Shown here: positions 11,801-23,800 of the stretch, piece after piece
Numbering within the stretch: position 1 is the first letter of the stretch
Layout: the number at the start of each line of letters is the position of its first letter
DNA from: Pocillopora damicornis
Taxonomy: Eukaryota
Direction of reading: 5' to 3'
Length of the DNA stretch: 64,000 nucleotides
Assembly (NCBI RefSeq): GCF_003704095.1
Contig: NW_020845065.1
Coordinates: 186,001 to 250,000 of the forward strand
Program-made: the position numbers and the translations under genes
The notes under the pieces: model-generated
The model's database searches: none
The model's input: the letters and a program-made list of their open reading frames with translations, nothing else
Told to the model about the DNA's origin: nothing

Positions 11801-14800
11801 AAATGGTGTGAATTATCATCAAACTTTGCCGAATGATGTTGATGTGGATGCTGATGAAGGCTTTGAACAGTATGGAAGCTACAGTCCTCATCAACATTTA
11901 CAAGGACAAGCCTCTCCACAGCATGGTATGTATGGCTATCACTCTACACAGCCAAAGTATCCTCGCTCAACATTAACAGAAGACGACAGTAACCATGGTG
12001 GTTATAACTTGAATGAAGATTATGGAGGTTACAATGAGGAACAGGCATATTCACAAGCTCCTGTACAAAATATTTATGCCCATGATGCAGACAGTATACA
12101 GTATTCAAATGAACAAAATCATTACAGAATGGACACTCCTGGAAATTACAGAGTTCATTATCATGGACATCATGAGAGATATCCCCATGCAAGTGACAGG
12201 AGAACTGTGAGAGAAGAACAAGGAAGAAGTGACAGTGAAAATGGATTTTCAGGAGATGGTGCTCAGGACACTACACAGCTTCAGATACTTTACAAAGCAC
12301 GAGGCAGAAAAATTGAAGAGTTGACACAGAAACTCCAAAACCAGGAAGAGGAGATGGCAAAAGAGATCCGTATTTTAAAACACCAGATTGCAATGATGAA
12401 AGGTTTGTAGAAGTAATGAAATTTGTAGTAAAAACCAAAGCTTAATTAATCACCTCACCAATCAGAGAAAAGGTGCTGGTAAACATCTCAAGGAGAGAGA
12501 GGAAACTGAAAGGAAATGGGTTAATTGACCCTCATGAGAACTTTATTCATACACTGCTTCATGCATTTTGCTGTTTTTCTTAATTTATATCTCTCCAGAT
12601 GAGCGTGACGGCATTTCAACAAGTCTTGAAAACTCACAGAAAATGGTGCAAGCATGTAATACAGAATTGAACAATCTGAAAGGCCAACTTGCTGCTGCTT
12701 ATCAGCAGATTAATGCTCTGAAAGAAAGTAAAGAGGAGGTAATTGAAAAACAGATTGAATTGATTCATTGGAATTATAATTATAATAAACAGATGTCACT
12801 CAAACTTTCTCTTGTCACTCTAAGGAAAAAGTTTAATCCATGAGTTATATAAACTCAGAAGAAAATTGACATTAGAATTTTATTCCTATTCAATTTTTTT
12901 GTATTAGTGTAAGCAAAATAGGAGTATTATTTACCACCAAGATGGTGATCTCTCTTATTCTAGGTAACCCCTTTTTTTTAATCATATTTCCTTTGAAGAT
13001 TTAAATGTTGCAGCCAAGAACACATCACCATGACCCTGGCCAGAACTTGAACTCTGACCTCTGACCTCTGACCTCTGACCTTGTGTCATACCAGAGTTCA
13101 TGGTTCTGACCAGTAGGTTACCACATCTTCTATTCCCTCTTGATTCGTAGTTTTTTCAATATTTTCAGGTGGTCAGCAAACTTCATGTCAGTGAAACCAC
13201 AATTGACAGCTTGAACCAGCAGTTGGTTGAATTAAGTCGTTCAGAATCCTTGACTAGAGCAAAAGAACAGCATGAAAGTGTCACAAATGCCATGAAGAAG
13301 AAACATGAAGAGCAAACCCTGACACTAAAACAGAAACTGGATGAGGCTATTTTATCAAGGGACTGCAAGGTGAAAAAAGACAATAATGTATTACATTTTT
13401 TGTTGTTTATGGAGTTTGACAGACATTCCATTTAAGACATAAGTTGGTGGAAATAATGTTTAGTCGAGTTAACATTATAATTTGTTATGTTTTTAGCATG
13501 AAGAAGTTAATCAGTTGAGGGATGAACTTGTCCAGAAAGCAGAAATGATCAATTCATTAACAAGAAGTCTGGATTCCAGTCAAAAGCAATGTCAAGAAAT
13601 CCTTAAGTCAGGTAGAAAGATTGAAATGATTGCCAATGAACCATTTGTGCAAAGACACAAGGATGGCCTCTGGTGCTAACTGTGCTGATGCTTGACTGTT
13701 CAAAACACACTAGAAATCTCAGAGCAAAGGAAATTTATCACTGACATCCTCTAAATTTATATATATTTACACCCTTTGCCTATCCTGTGTCACTGATTTT
13801 TATGCCTGGTTGTGCTTGATAATATCATAGGGACAATGTCAGAAATCAACCAATTGCGCCTGGCTCTTCAAGAGACTTCAACTGCCAGGAATATTGCTGA
13901 AGGCCAGTGCATTTCTCTCAAGGTTTGTTTTGTTACAATTGATTTTATTTTTAATTTTATTTCAATTTGTACAATCTTTGAAACTTTGGTATATACCGGT
14001 AGTTATTGTATCAAACTGTGTGCTGTTTTTTTTTATGTATTAGCATGAGCTGTCAGAACTTCAAGAACAGATCAAGATGTATGAAAGTGCAAGCAGGCTT
14101 GGTATAGGATCAGGGTCTGGAGGCCATAATGAATCTTTGCCACATCTGACCGCAAGAAACTTGAACAAAGAAAATTGGAGCACTCCAAAGTCTCAGTAAG
14201 GAGAGATTATCTGTAATTAACTGATAAATACTTGTCGCTTACAATATTAACCCTGAACTGAACATTAAGGTCAGGAGAATAAAGAATAGGTTCACCAACA
14301 AAAGAAGCTCTTGATTGTTAAATAAATTCTCCTTGTCAGCAGCTTTGGCAATGTATAGAGAAGAGTCGGGAGAATAATTATGCATACTGATGTTTGAGTG
14401 TAAGGGGTTATTGTGCTTTGCTGTGTTTGAGCTCCAGCTGTTATCTTGGATGCTAGTATTTTGAAGTCAGGTTTTGATTTTACTCTTCTAGAGCTTTTTT
14501 TTTTCTTTATTTTCTGTCAGTAAAATTCCATTGGAAGAAACAGTGAGCGAGCTAAGGAAAGAACTTGAGCACTGCTTGATCAGTTACAAGGCTAAACAAG
14601 AACAGGTGCGTGAACAAGAGACAAACCTTGGTACCCTTAAAGTTCAGCTGAGAGATCAGGAAATGAAAGCTCAACGGATGGAACAGATTGCACAGGAACT
14701 TGAGGTGGAGTTCTATTTATTGGTTTAATCAGCAGTTTTTAATACATTACTTCAAATTTCAAGTGCTGCATCATATTTCACCCATAGCACCTGCTTTTTG

Positions 14801-17800
14801 CTTTAGTTTAGACCAAAGGCTAATAGAAATTTATTTATTTACAAGTGTTTCCCCTTTCATGACATCCACCAGAATAAATCGTTACAACTGGAGAAGAAAA
14901 TTAGAGAAATGGAGGATGACAAGAAAGATCCTGGTAAAATGTTCTTTTTTTAATTTTTTCAAAATTATTCCCAGCTAGTGCCTGTTAAGTTATAGAGTCA
15001 AACCTATTTTTGCTAGGACACAACCCTCTTTTGGTTGGACAAGTATCCATTACATCATATCTAAATAAACCCCCCCCCCCCCCCCTTTCATTAAACAAGT
15101 ACTTTTACCATGCTTCTTTTGTACGTACAGCCTTGAACTCAATGCAGAAAAAGTGATACAGCCATATTTAAAACCTGAACTTAGCTCAGAGTTAAATTCT
15201 TCCTCATTCCTTCCATCATTGATGCATCTTTGTATGTGCTGATCATTTCAGATGAGGAACAACAAAAAGTGCTCATGGATTTGGAAATAACAAGAAAAAA
15301 TCTCCAGGTGTGTTACAGATTGTTGTGAACTTGTGAACTAGGAAAAAAATCCTCATCAGAGATATTGTTCATGTATAAATTTCCATTTTTCTTTGAATGA
15401 AGGAGTCTACTACAAACCTCAAAGAAGCTCTTCAGGAAAGAGATGATTTGACAGATGCATGTGCTGACCTTAAGCAGCAAATGGCTGAGGTATGCTAGTC
15501 ATGATTACAAACCTTTGCATCTAGGTTGTACATAACTTAAACTTTAAGTTTTTCCCAACTGTAGCATCAGTTCTCTAATTCGATCATTTTTCCTTTCTTT
15601 TTCAGATGGTCGCAGAATTTGATGAAGACAAAAGGAACAGTTTAGAAAAGTACTTCTGCACTTTGATTTTGAACTATGATTGTTAGGGAACAAGTTATGT
15701 ACAGAATCTGCACCAGAAGAGTGGGATTTGTTCTAGTGATGTTCCATTTTTGTAATTTCCCCTTTGATTTCTTATTGGACAGCCAGGACCAGGCTGTTGA
15801 AAGCTGGGCCAAGACAACCCAACTTAGTGTTAAATCTGATTTCAGATTTGAAAGCTTTAAAAGAAAATTTAGTAGCATTCGTTTTGATCACAATTTGATG
15901 ATTGGATGCCCTACTAAGAATAAAGGAAATTATTCGAAAAAGGCTATTGAACAAAGGTTTAGAAACCCGGATTAAAATTCAACCCTAGGTTAGCGCCAAT
16001 TGGACCTCGAACAACCAGGCCCAGAACCCCTAATTTGCATAATTCTGATTGATTTATTATTTTAAAGAAAGGCCTAAAACACAAATACATGAGTCTTAAA
16101 CAGTTCACTTATAATAGAGTAGGTATTCACCGACCATCACACTGATTGACTCAATGACAGATGACTCACTGACATTGACGGATTGATTGACTGTCTCACT
16201 GACTGGTTTGCTGGTTGGCTGGCTGAGAGACAGACAACCGGATACAGTATGCTCAGACATATGTTAACTGCTCAGACGCATTTTATATGCTCAGACGCAA
16301 GGTAGTCAGACGCGCATATACGATTTTCTGCGCGAACGGACCCAAAAAATGCGCGAATCATGTGCCTTTGTTATTCAGAGCTGTAAGGTTTCCCTTCTGT
16401 AGGCAGACTGACTGAATGAGTTACTGATTTATAAGTGAGTGATTGATAAGCTTCTCAACTTAATTTTAGATGCAGAGAAGCTTGCTTACAGCTTCATGAG
16501 GATGCTAAAAACTTGCTGAGAGATCAGTTGAGCCAAGAATATGAACAAAAAATCCACGAGTTGAAGTATGTTTATTTGGTGGCCTACTATTGTATCTCTT
16601 TCACTTTAATTTACTAAATGTGCACGTGTTGCTGTCCCCTATGAGAATGTTTCTGCATTATTTATAACTGCACACTCTCCTAAACGTTGTTTAAAAGGTC
16701 AATTTTACATTTGAGGTATATAAATCATCGCTCAAAAGTAAGTTGATAGTCCCTCAATCCTTCATCCTCAATCCTCGAAAACTTCGAGGATCGAGGCTCT
16801 AGTCGAGTCTCGTTTTGAGACTTTCGAGGCGGGAAAACTAAGGAATTTTCGCGCTATTAATTTTTCACAGGACAAGGTTCTTACATGTATCTTTGGTACC
16901 AAAATCAAAACCTTACTACATGCACAAAATTCCTCTCCGTTCTTATCAGTCAAAGTCATTTTAATAATCTGGTGCTATTAAATAAACACTCAAAGGAATC
17001 TTTTTTTTAGGAAAGAGTTGGAAGAAAACAGTGAGGAGTTAATCAGGATTAAGGAATGCTATGTGCAGCTGGGCGAGGAAAGCCGCGAATTGGAACGGAA
17101 AATGAAGGATGAATTTGAGAAGGAGAAACAGTTGTTATTTTCCGAGGTGAGAGGGAAGTCACGTGTTGGGTTTTAATGCAATTCAAGATGAAATATCGTA
17201 GAGTTTTACAGGTAATAGGACTCAGTGGAGTCCAATTTGGTCTGAAATGAAGTGAGTGACTGACAATGGAAATTCGGAGGACTGCGTAGTGGGAGTCTGA
17301 TTTGCTTAACCCGAGTATTATTGGAGACAGAATTGGACGAAACGAAACACTATTACCAATTTATCAAAACTATGACAGAATTTGAGAGAAAGAACATAGT
17401 TAACCCTTTAATCCCTGCAAGTGACCAGCATCTAATTTCTCTTTTCAGTATTAAGGTCATGAGAATAAAGGAAATGATAATCAACTGAAGAACCTCTTGA
17501 TTGTTAAACAAATTCTCCTTGCCAGGACATTAGGAAATGTTTAGATAACAGTATGGAGAATTTGCATACTGATGTTAGGGTGTAAAGGATTAAGGAACAT
17601 AAAAGTGAAAGTTTTCGGAACGAGAAATCGAACCCAATAGTGTATGTTACAGCGCGTGTACGTAACGCCTTATTTAATCTTCAAATTACTTGACTTGGAG
17701 GAACAACATAGCAATAAAATGTAGGAAAAGCAACTGCAAGAGTCTAGAATTCAAAATTTTATGGGAAGCCCGGAAATTCTCCGGGACGAAAGGCTTCCCC

Positions 17801-20800
17801 GGGCCTTTAGAACTACTTGCCTGCTATTCGTAATTGACTACCAATTTATGCTATATTTTAATTGAAAGCCCTGTCTTGTGACTCTTGCTTCAGAATGAAG
17901 CCAAGCTAGAGAATGAATTGCGAGCCTCTCTTGAAAAGCAGCACGTGGAGCATCTGGAAAAGGCCAAAGATCAGTGGAAGAGAGAAGAGATGAAGCGAAT
18001 CAATGATGAAGTTATGAAACAGAAGGGACTGCTTCTAAAGGTTACCATTACTCTTCAGCTGTTTAAATAACACGTCCGAAATTGCATTACAAACAGAAAT
18101 CGAACTCCTGTCATTCCTGATCTTGCGGTCGAATACTTCTTTAACTTAGTAGCTGAGAACTCTTCGGCGAGCTGCCGTAGGCTATTCTCATTATGGTACA
18201 ACTTGGGTTCATTTGTGATAAATGTGGTGAGGTTGAGTGTTGTTAAAAGCAGTTTCTCCGAATTTAAAGTAATAATAATTTTGTTAGTTTGGACGCTTGG
18301 CGGTTCTAGTCGTGTATGAGCTCGAACTACCCGAGTAGATTTTTTCATGTGCTCGTTATTGTGAAGACGTTAGGACTTTAAATGAAAGGTTGAGTCGTGT
18401 TTCGATGTATTTATTAGAATAAATACAGATCGTTTTAACATCTACGTGCCAAGAAAGCGTATCTTGTTTTGCTGATTTTAATTTACCACTTGCAACTATA
18501 ACAGTTGAGAGCTATGCGTAGTTTTGGTCATTTTCTTGGAATTTTTTCTGAGATGTTCAGTGTTTTACTCTCAATGTGCAGAACATGACGGAAGCACAGT
18601 CCAAAGCAGTTGAGGAAGCTCTGTCAAAAGCTCGTATGGAATGGAACAGTGAGCAATCTTCTATCATTGCTGATGAAATAGCTACGGCCAAGAGAGAATG
18701 GATGAAGGATCAGAACGATGAGTTAGAGAAACGTTTAGCTAATGCCATCGAAGAAGTGAGACGAATCTGGGACGAAGAACAAAAGCTGAAAACAAAGGAG
18801 GTATCAGTATCAATGGTGAATTATGTCACGATACAGAAACACCTCGGTAAACTCCAGGTGGCATTTGTATTTTCACGTTAGTAAAGTTCAATTTCGTACA
18901 CCAGCCCAGTGGCCTACACCACCGGAACTTATTTCAGTCTTCATGGCGAGGGGATTTTGCTTCCCCTGAAGTGAATGCTAGTCGATCGAAGGCAACCAAT
19001 CCCCCCTTTCGTTTCCGTGCTACGTCGGTTTCGCATATCAGTTTCGTGGGTACTGGAAACCCTTGAGCGCTTTAAGATTTAAGGCCTTACTCAACCTAAC
19101 CAAAGGCCAGGCTGCTTAAACGAAGATTAGTGTAGGCCAGGTTTGAAATGAATTTTTGATGTGGTTTTGTAGCATTGCAGAGAGTGTTATTTCTTATGTT
19201 GTGTAGTTCGTTGGAAAAGAAACTTCACTGGACGTTTGCCTCAATATGCGATATTATGCATGAAATTTAAACCTAGTTACAACTTTTGTACTGGATTAAC
19301 GATATACTTCTTTCGGAAATTTCTGTCAATTACTAATAAAGTTAAGTGAGAAGTTTACGTTTCCCGTAGATATCAGAAACTATCATGATTATTTCCTTCC
19401 TGCTGATCCAGTTTAGTTTTTTTCAGGAGATGGTCAAAGTACGTGCAGAATTGGAGAAAGCACACGGAGCATCATGTGACCAACAACTTAACCAGGCAGT
19501 TGAACTGGCTCTGTCCCAAGCCCACGCGGACTGGCTGAAGAACGAGGAAGAAATGAGGCAGCGAGAGATTGATCAAGCTGTTGAGGTGGCCATAACTAAC
19601 GCAGTCGCCGAAGCTAAGAAGGAATGGCAGAAGGAGTTTGTAGCTCAAGTGAGTACTTTCAGAGTAACTGTCAACTGAATGTCGCTTTCTGTAGACTGAA
19701 AAAGGCATTAATGGTACGATTTCTCTCGAGCGCCTTCAATTGACCCCACAACTTTTCTCGAATATGCGTTTGCCGGCGAGCTTTCACAAATGTACACGAT
19801 CGTTTTGCAGGACAGCTTATTACAAACCTCTCTCGCTCAAGAAAGGCACCGGTGGAAGAAGGAAGAGGAATCGGTGAGAGCTAAAGCGGTAGAAGCTGCT
19901 GTGGCTATTGCTGAAGTGAAGTGGTTAGAGGATGAACAGAAGAAAATCTCTGAAGCAGTGGAACAAGCCGTGAAGATGGCGAGGGAAACGTGGCAAGAGG
20001 AGAAGAAACGGGATATAGGTATAAATATGTATGGAAAAATGATAGTACATACACAAGGGGAAAAAATTGACAGGATGACAACGATACGTTGATTATATTT
20101 GCTACTACGCGTGTCACACACGACATAGTCATGGCCCACTCATCATGGAGTTCTCCGTAGCTCAGGGATGGTGCATTAGAGCGCAGAATCCGAAAGTTAT
20201 TTCCAGATCAAAATATTTTGCGCAGCGATCATAAGTTCCCTTAGATTTGCCTCACTTTGCAAACAGAACGTAGCAGGTATATCTGAGTGCTTGACTCATC
20301 TTTACTGTGTCCATCAAGTTTGTTGATCGTAGTATTGTTCACTGTATCTACAGCCATGGCAGTGGATTTGGCTAAACAAGAGTGGATGTCCAGGAAAGAA
20401 GATGAAGTGAACCTGGTCTTGGAGTCAGCCAGCTCTCAACTTGTCGAACAGTTTGAGCAGCAGAAGAAAGAGGCCGTGGAAAAAGCTGTTGGCGAGGCAC
20501 GGGTAAAGACAGCAGTTGTAACGCTTCTAAAATCATTCCACTACTCACCTTATCCCACCTGTTGTCGTAAAGCTTTACACAGTTTTTTCATAGTATTATT
20601 CAATGGTTGTTTCCTGCCAAATTATATCGAATTCCTCAGGAAGTGTTCCCGCTGAACTTTTGGTTGTTTCCCGTGTAATTTCGCCGCGTGTGTTTGTTTG
20701 TTTTCAGTCGGGAAAGCTGCTTTGAAATTGAAAAAAAAGAAAGAAAAAACCATCATCATTTTTATTTTGCTTTCCTTGCTTTTGCTTGCCCTCATATACA

Positions 20801-23800
20801 GTTTTCACACACGGTTGCTTGATCCAGTCTCTTCGCACTCGGTTTGTCAAAAGCTTTTATACTACATTATGGTAATGTTTCGTTTTTATTTCTATATTTA
20901 CAGTTGTTATGGGAGAGGCGATTGTCCGAGGAGAGAGCCTCAGAAATTGCTTCCATTAGGGAAGAAATCTTCAGAGAATTTGAAGAACAAAAGAAAGCGG
21001 AAATTATGGAAACCTTGGAAGAAGCAAAGGAAGCATGGATGGAGGAATCTGAGGAACAGAAGCGTGAGGAAGTAAACGAAGCTATGGCTTACCTAGAGTC
21101 CGAATACAATAAGAATTTAGAAGAGTTCAAACATAAGACATTGAGAGATGCTCTCGAGCAAGCCAGGAAGCAGTGGACTACTGAAGAACTTTCACATCGA
21201 GAGGAGATTCTCAAGGTGAATGTCGTAAGTTGTGTAAACCACATCAAGGGGGAAAAATTACGAGCTCGTGCTCTGAGGTTTTTAGATTATGGAGAAAACA
21301 AGATTGTTTTGATGAAGAGGGAGGTCCTTTTCTTGTCGAAGTATTTATTCTCCTCTCCGAACTGCTCCAAGCTCTCTGAGCATGCCCTTTAGCATGAGCC
21401 TTGTGGAACGCGAGCCGGAGAGAGGCCTGCTAGGGGTCTGGCATGGAAATTTACGCTTCGTTTTTAATGCCAGACCCCACCTAAACTGCCCCGCTCTTAT
21501 CTCAAATCTTCCCGCGGGTGGAGAAACGCGCGACCTGCAGCACCTACTTGCCCGTGGGCTATATCCGAAAACGAATAGTTTATGCACGTAACAAATTTAG
21601 CCTAAATTCTTCATTTACAATTCATTTTAACTCTTTTATATCCTCAGCCATCTATGTTCCTTCTTTTACTTTTATTCTCTTTTTTTTTTTATATTTCTTT
21701 CATTTTTTGTTCTCTTCTAAGTTTAAAGTAGATCTTATTTTCTCACAACGTAAAAAAATACTTAGAAAAGAACTAATTGGTGAAGCTAAGAGGACGACAT
21801 AAAATTTAGAGCGCTTTGAATCGGTTTAGAAGAGAGGAGTCTCGTTCATCTATGAAAAAGTCTAAGAGTTTGACCGGAAACTTTCCTTAGGCTCGTATAT
21901 TAGCAGCTCAAGAAGACTGGCGCAAAGAAATTGCCAAGTCTACCCAGGAAGAGATTGACCGAGCCTTGTCCACTGCCAGGAAGGCCTGGGCCGTTAAAGC
22001 TGATGAAAAATTTGAGAATCGTGTCAGGGAAATAGAGGCAAATGTGCGACAACAGCTGGAGGCTAAAATCCAAGAAGAAAACAAAAAAAATATAAATGAA
22101 GCACTTCGGGAAGCAGAGGAAAGGTTTAGCTGCGAAAAAAGGAAATTAGAAGAAAACTTTAAGCAAAAGGTGAGCTTACTGTTGTGCGCAGACGCGCCGG
22201 TGTTAGTTTGCTTCTACTTTTGTCAAAATCAATATTTTTATGTATCTTGTGGTTAGACCTTTATCTTTCACGATTTTCTCCTGTCTAGAAATATTATTAG
22301 AGGCTCTCAAAAAGTTGTCAAATCCCTTGAATACAATTAGACGAACATAGCAGAGAAGACATCCTGCTCTTGTCCACAATTCACGTTGCTGCGCTAATTA
22401 CTCTCGTTGCTTTTTAACTTTCCTTAGATCGATGACTCTTCACGCCGTCAATGGGAAGATGAGAAGGCTCGTTTGTCGAAAGAACAACAAAACCATCTTG
22501 AACGCATGCGCAGTGAGTACGAATCCAAGTTGGCTGATCAGCGTGCTAAGATTGAGAGGGATCTGGGCGTGAGAATGAGAGGCGAAGTAGAGAAGGCAAG
22601 AAGTGATTTGAATAAAGAACAACAGGATTTAAGGTTAGTTAAGTTAACAATGGACCAGTGTTGTCCATTATTAATTCATTATAATTTGACAATGGACCGG
22701 TGTTGTTTAATATTAAGTCATTGTAATTTAACAATGGACCAGTCTTGTTTAATATTAAATCATTGTAATTTAACAACGGATCAGTGTTGTTTATTATAAG
22801 TTTATTTAGCTTTGAGCTGCCTGTGATTTGTGGAAGATGCGATGGCCTTGTGCTCAGCTCTCCGTACTCTTCATTGAAAAGTTCGAGTTTGAAAGCTGAC
22901 CATGTCATTGTGTTGAGTTTTCACGATGTCTCTCTCTACCCATGAGTACAAATGGTTACCAGAAAACTGTCAGGCTATCTGCCATTGTCCAGCTTCGTGT
23001 TTAGTTACTCTGTGTTTTGGAAACCGATAGAAGCTTTGGGAGAAATGGGCCAATCTTTATTAGTTACACCAATGCTTTCCAAATTCTTACCATAAATCCT
23101 TTTTAGGGCCCAACTGGATAAACAGTATGAACAGAAAGCGAGAAAAGCGTTAGAAAACGCAAGAATTCAGTGGGAAAAACAACAGCAACAAGAGATCACC
23201 AAAAGTAACGAGGACGCTGTGAAGCGACAGCAGGAGTTGTGGGCAAACGAGAGACGGGAAAACCTGTCTACCATGGAGAACATGAAACACGAGCTAGCCG
23301 CGGTCAAGAAGGAATACGCCATGGCAATAGAGAAACTAAAGAGGGAGATGGCAGAGGAGAAAAAGAAAACTCAGCACAGCATGAAACGGCGAGACTCAAG
23401 GGATATTGCTGCTCAGGTAAGCTGAATTATGTGTTGTGAAAAAAAAAAGTGAACAGATGAGTTTAAAGACATTTTTTATACGACTCTCTTGAGCTTTTAC
23501 ACCCTAACATCAGTGTCCATTTTCTTTATACTGTTCTCCTTACATTTCTTAAGGTGTTTGTAAGGAGAATTTGTTCAACAGTCAAAGTCTTCTAGAGTTG
23601 ATTATCATTTCCTTTATTCTCGTAACCTTAATGTCTGAGTTAGGGTGTTATTGTTAGGAGAAATGAGGTGCCACTCATTCTTAGGGGTTAAGGGCTAAAT
23701 AAAAGTAGGAGTGCTTCTTAATAATTATTTGACATCTCAGGCTTAATATATTTTTATAAAATTTATATGTGTTTATCTTGTTGTTGTTCTTTTGAGGTCT

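Noticed and set aside
11623-12210. Several His-rich or Ile-rich ORFs overlapping CEP152 exon 3
   Set aside because: These are antisense or alternate-frame shadows of the low-complexity coding exon.
22473-22799. Cys-rich repetitive ORF extension (MDQCC...HCNLT)
   Set aside because: It is read-through from a CEP152 exon past a good donor into a 42-bp intronic minisatellite; the frame stays open only because 42 is divisible by 3.
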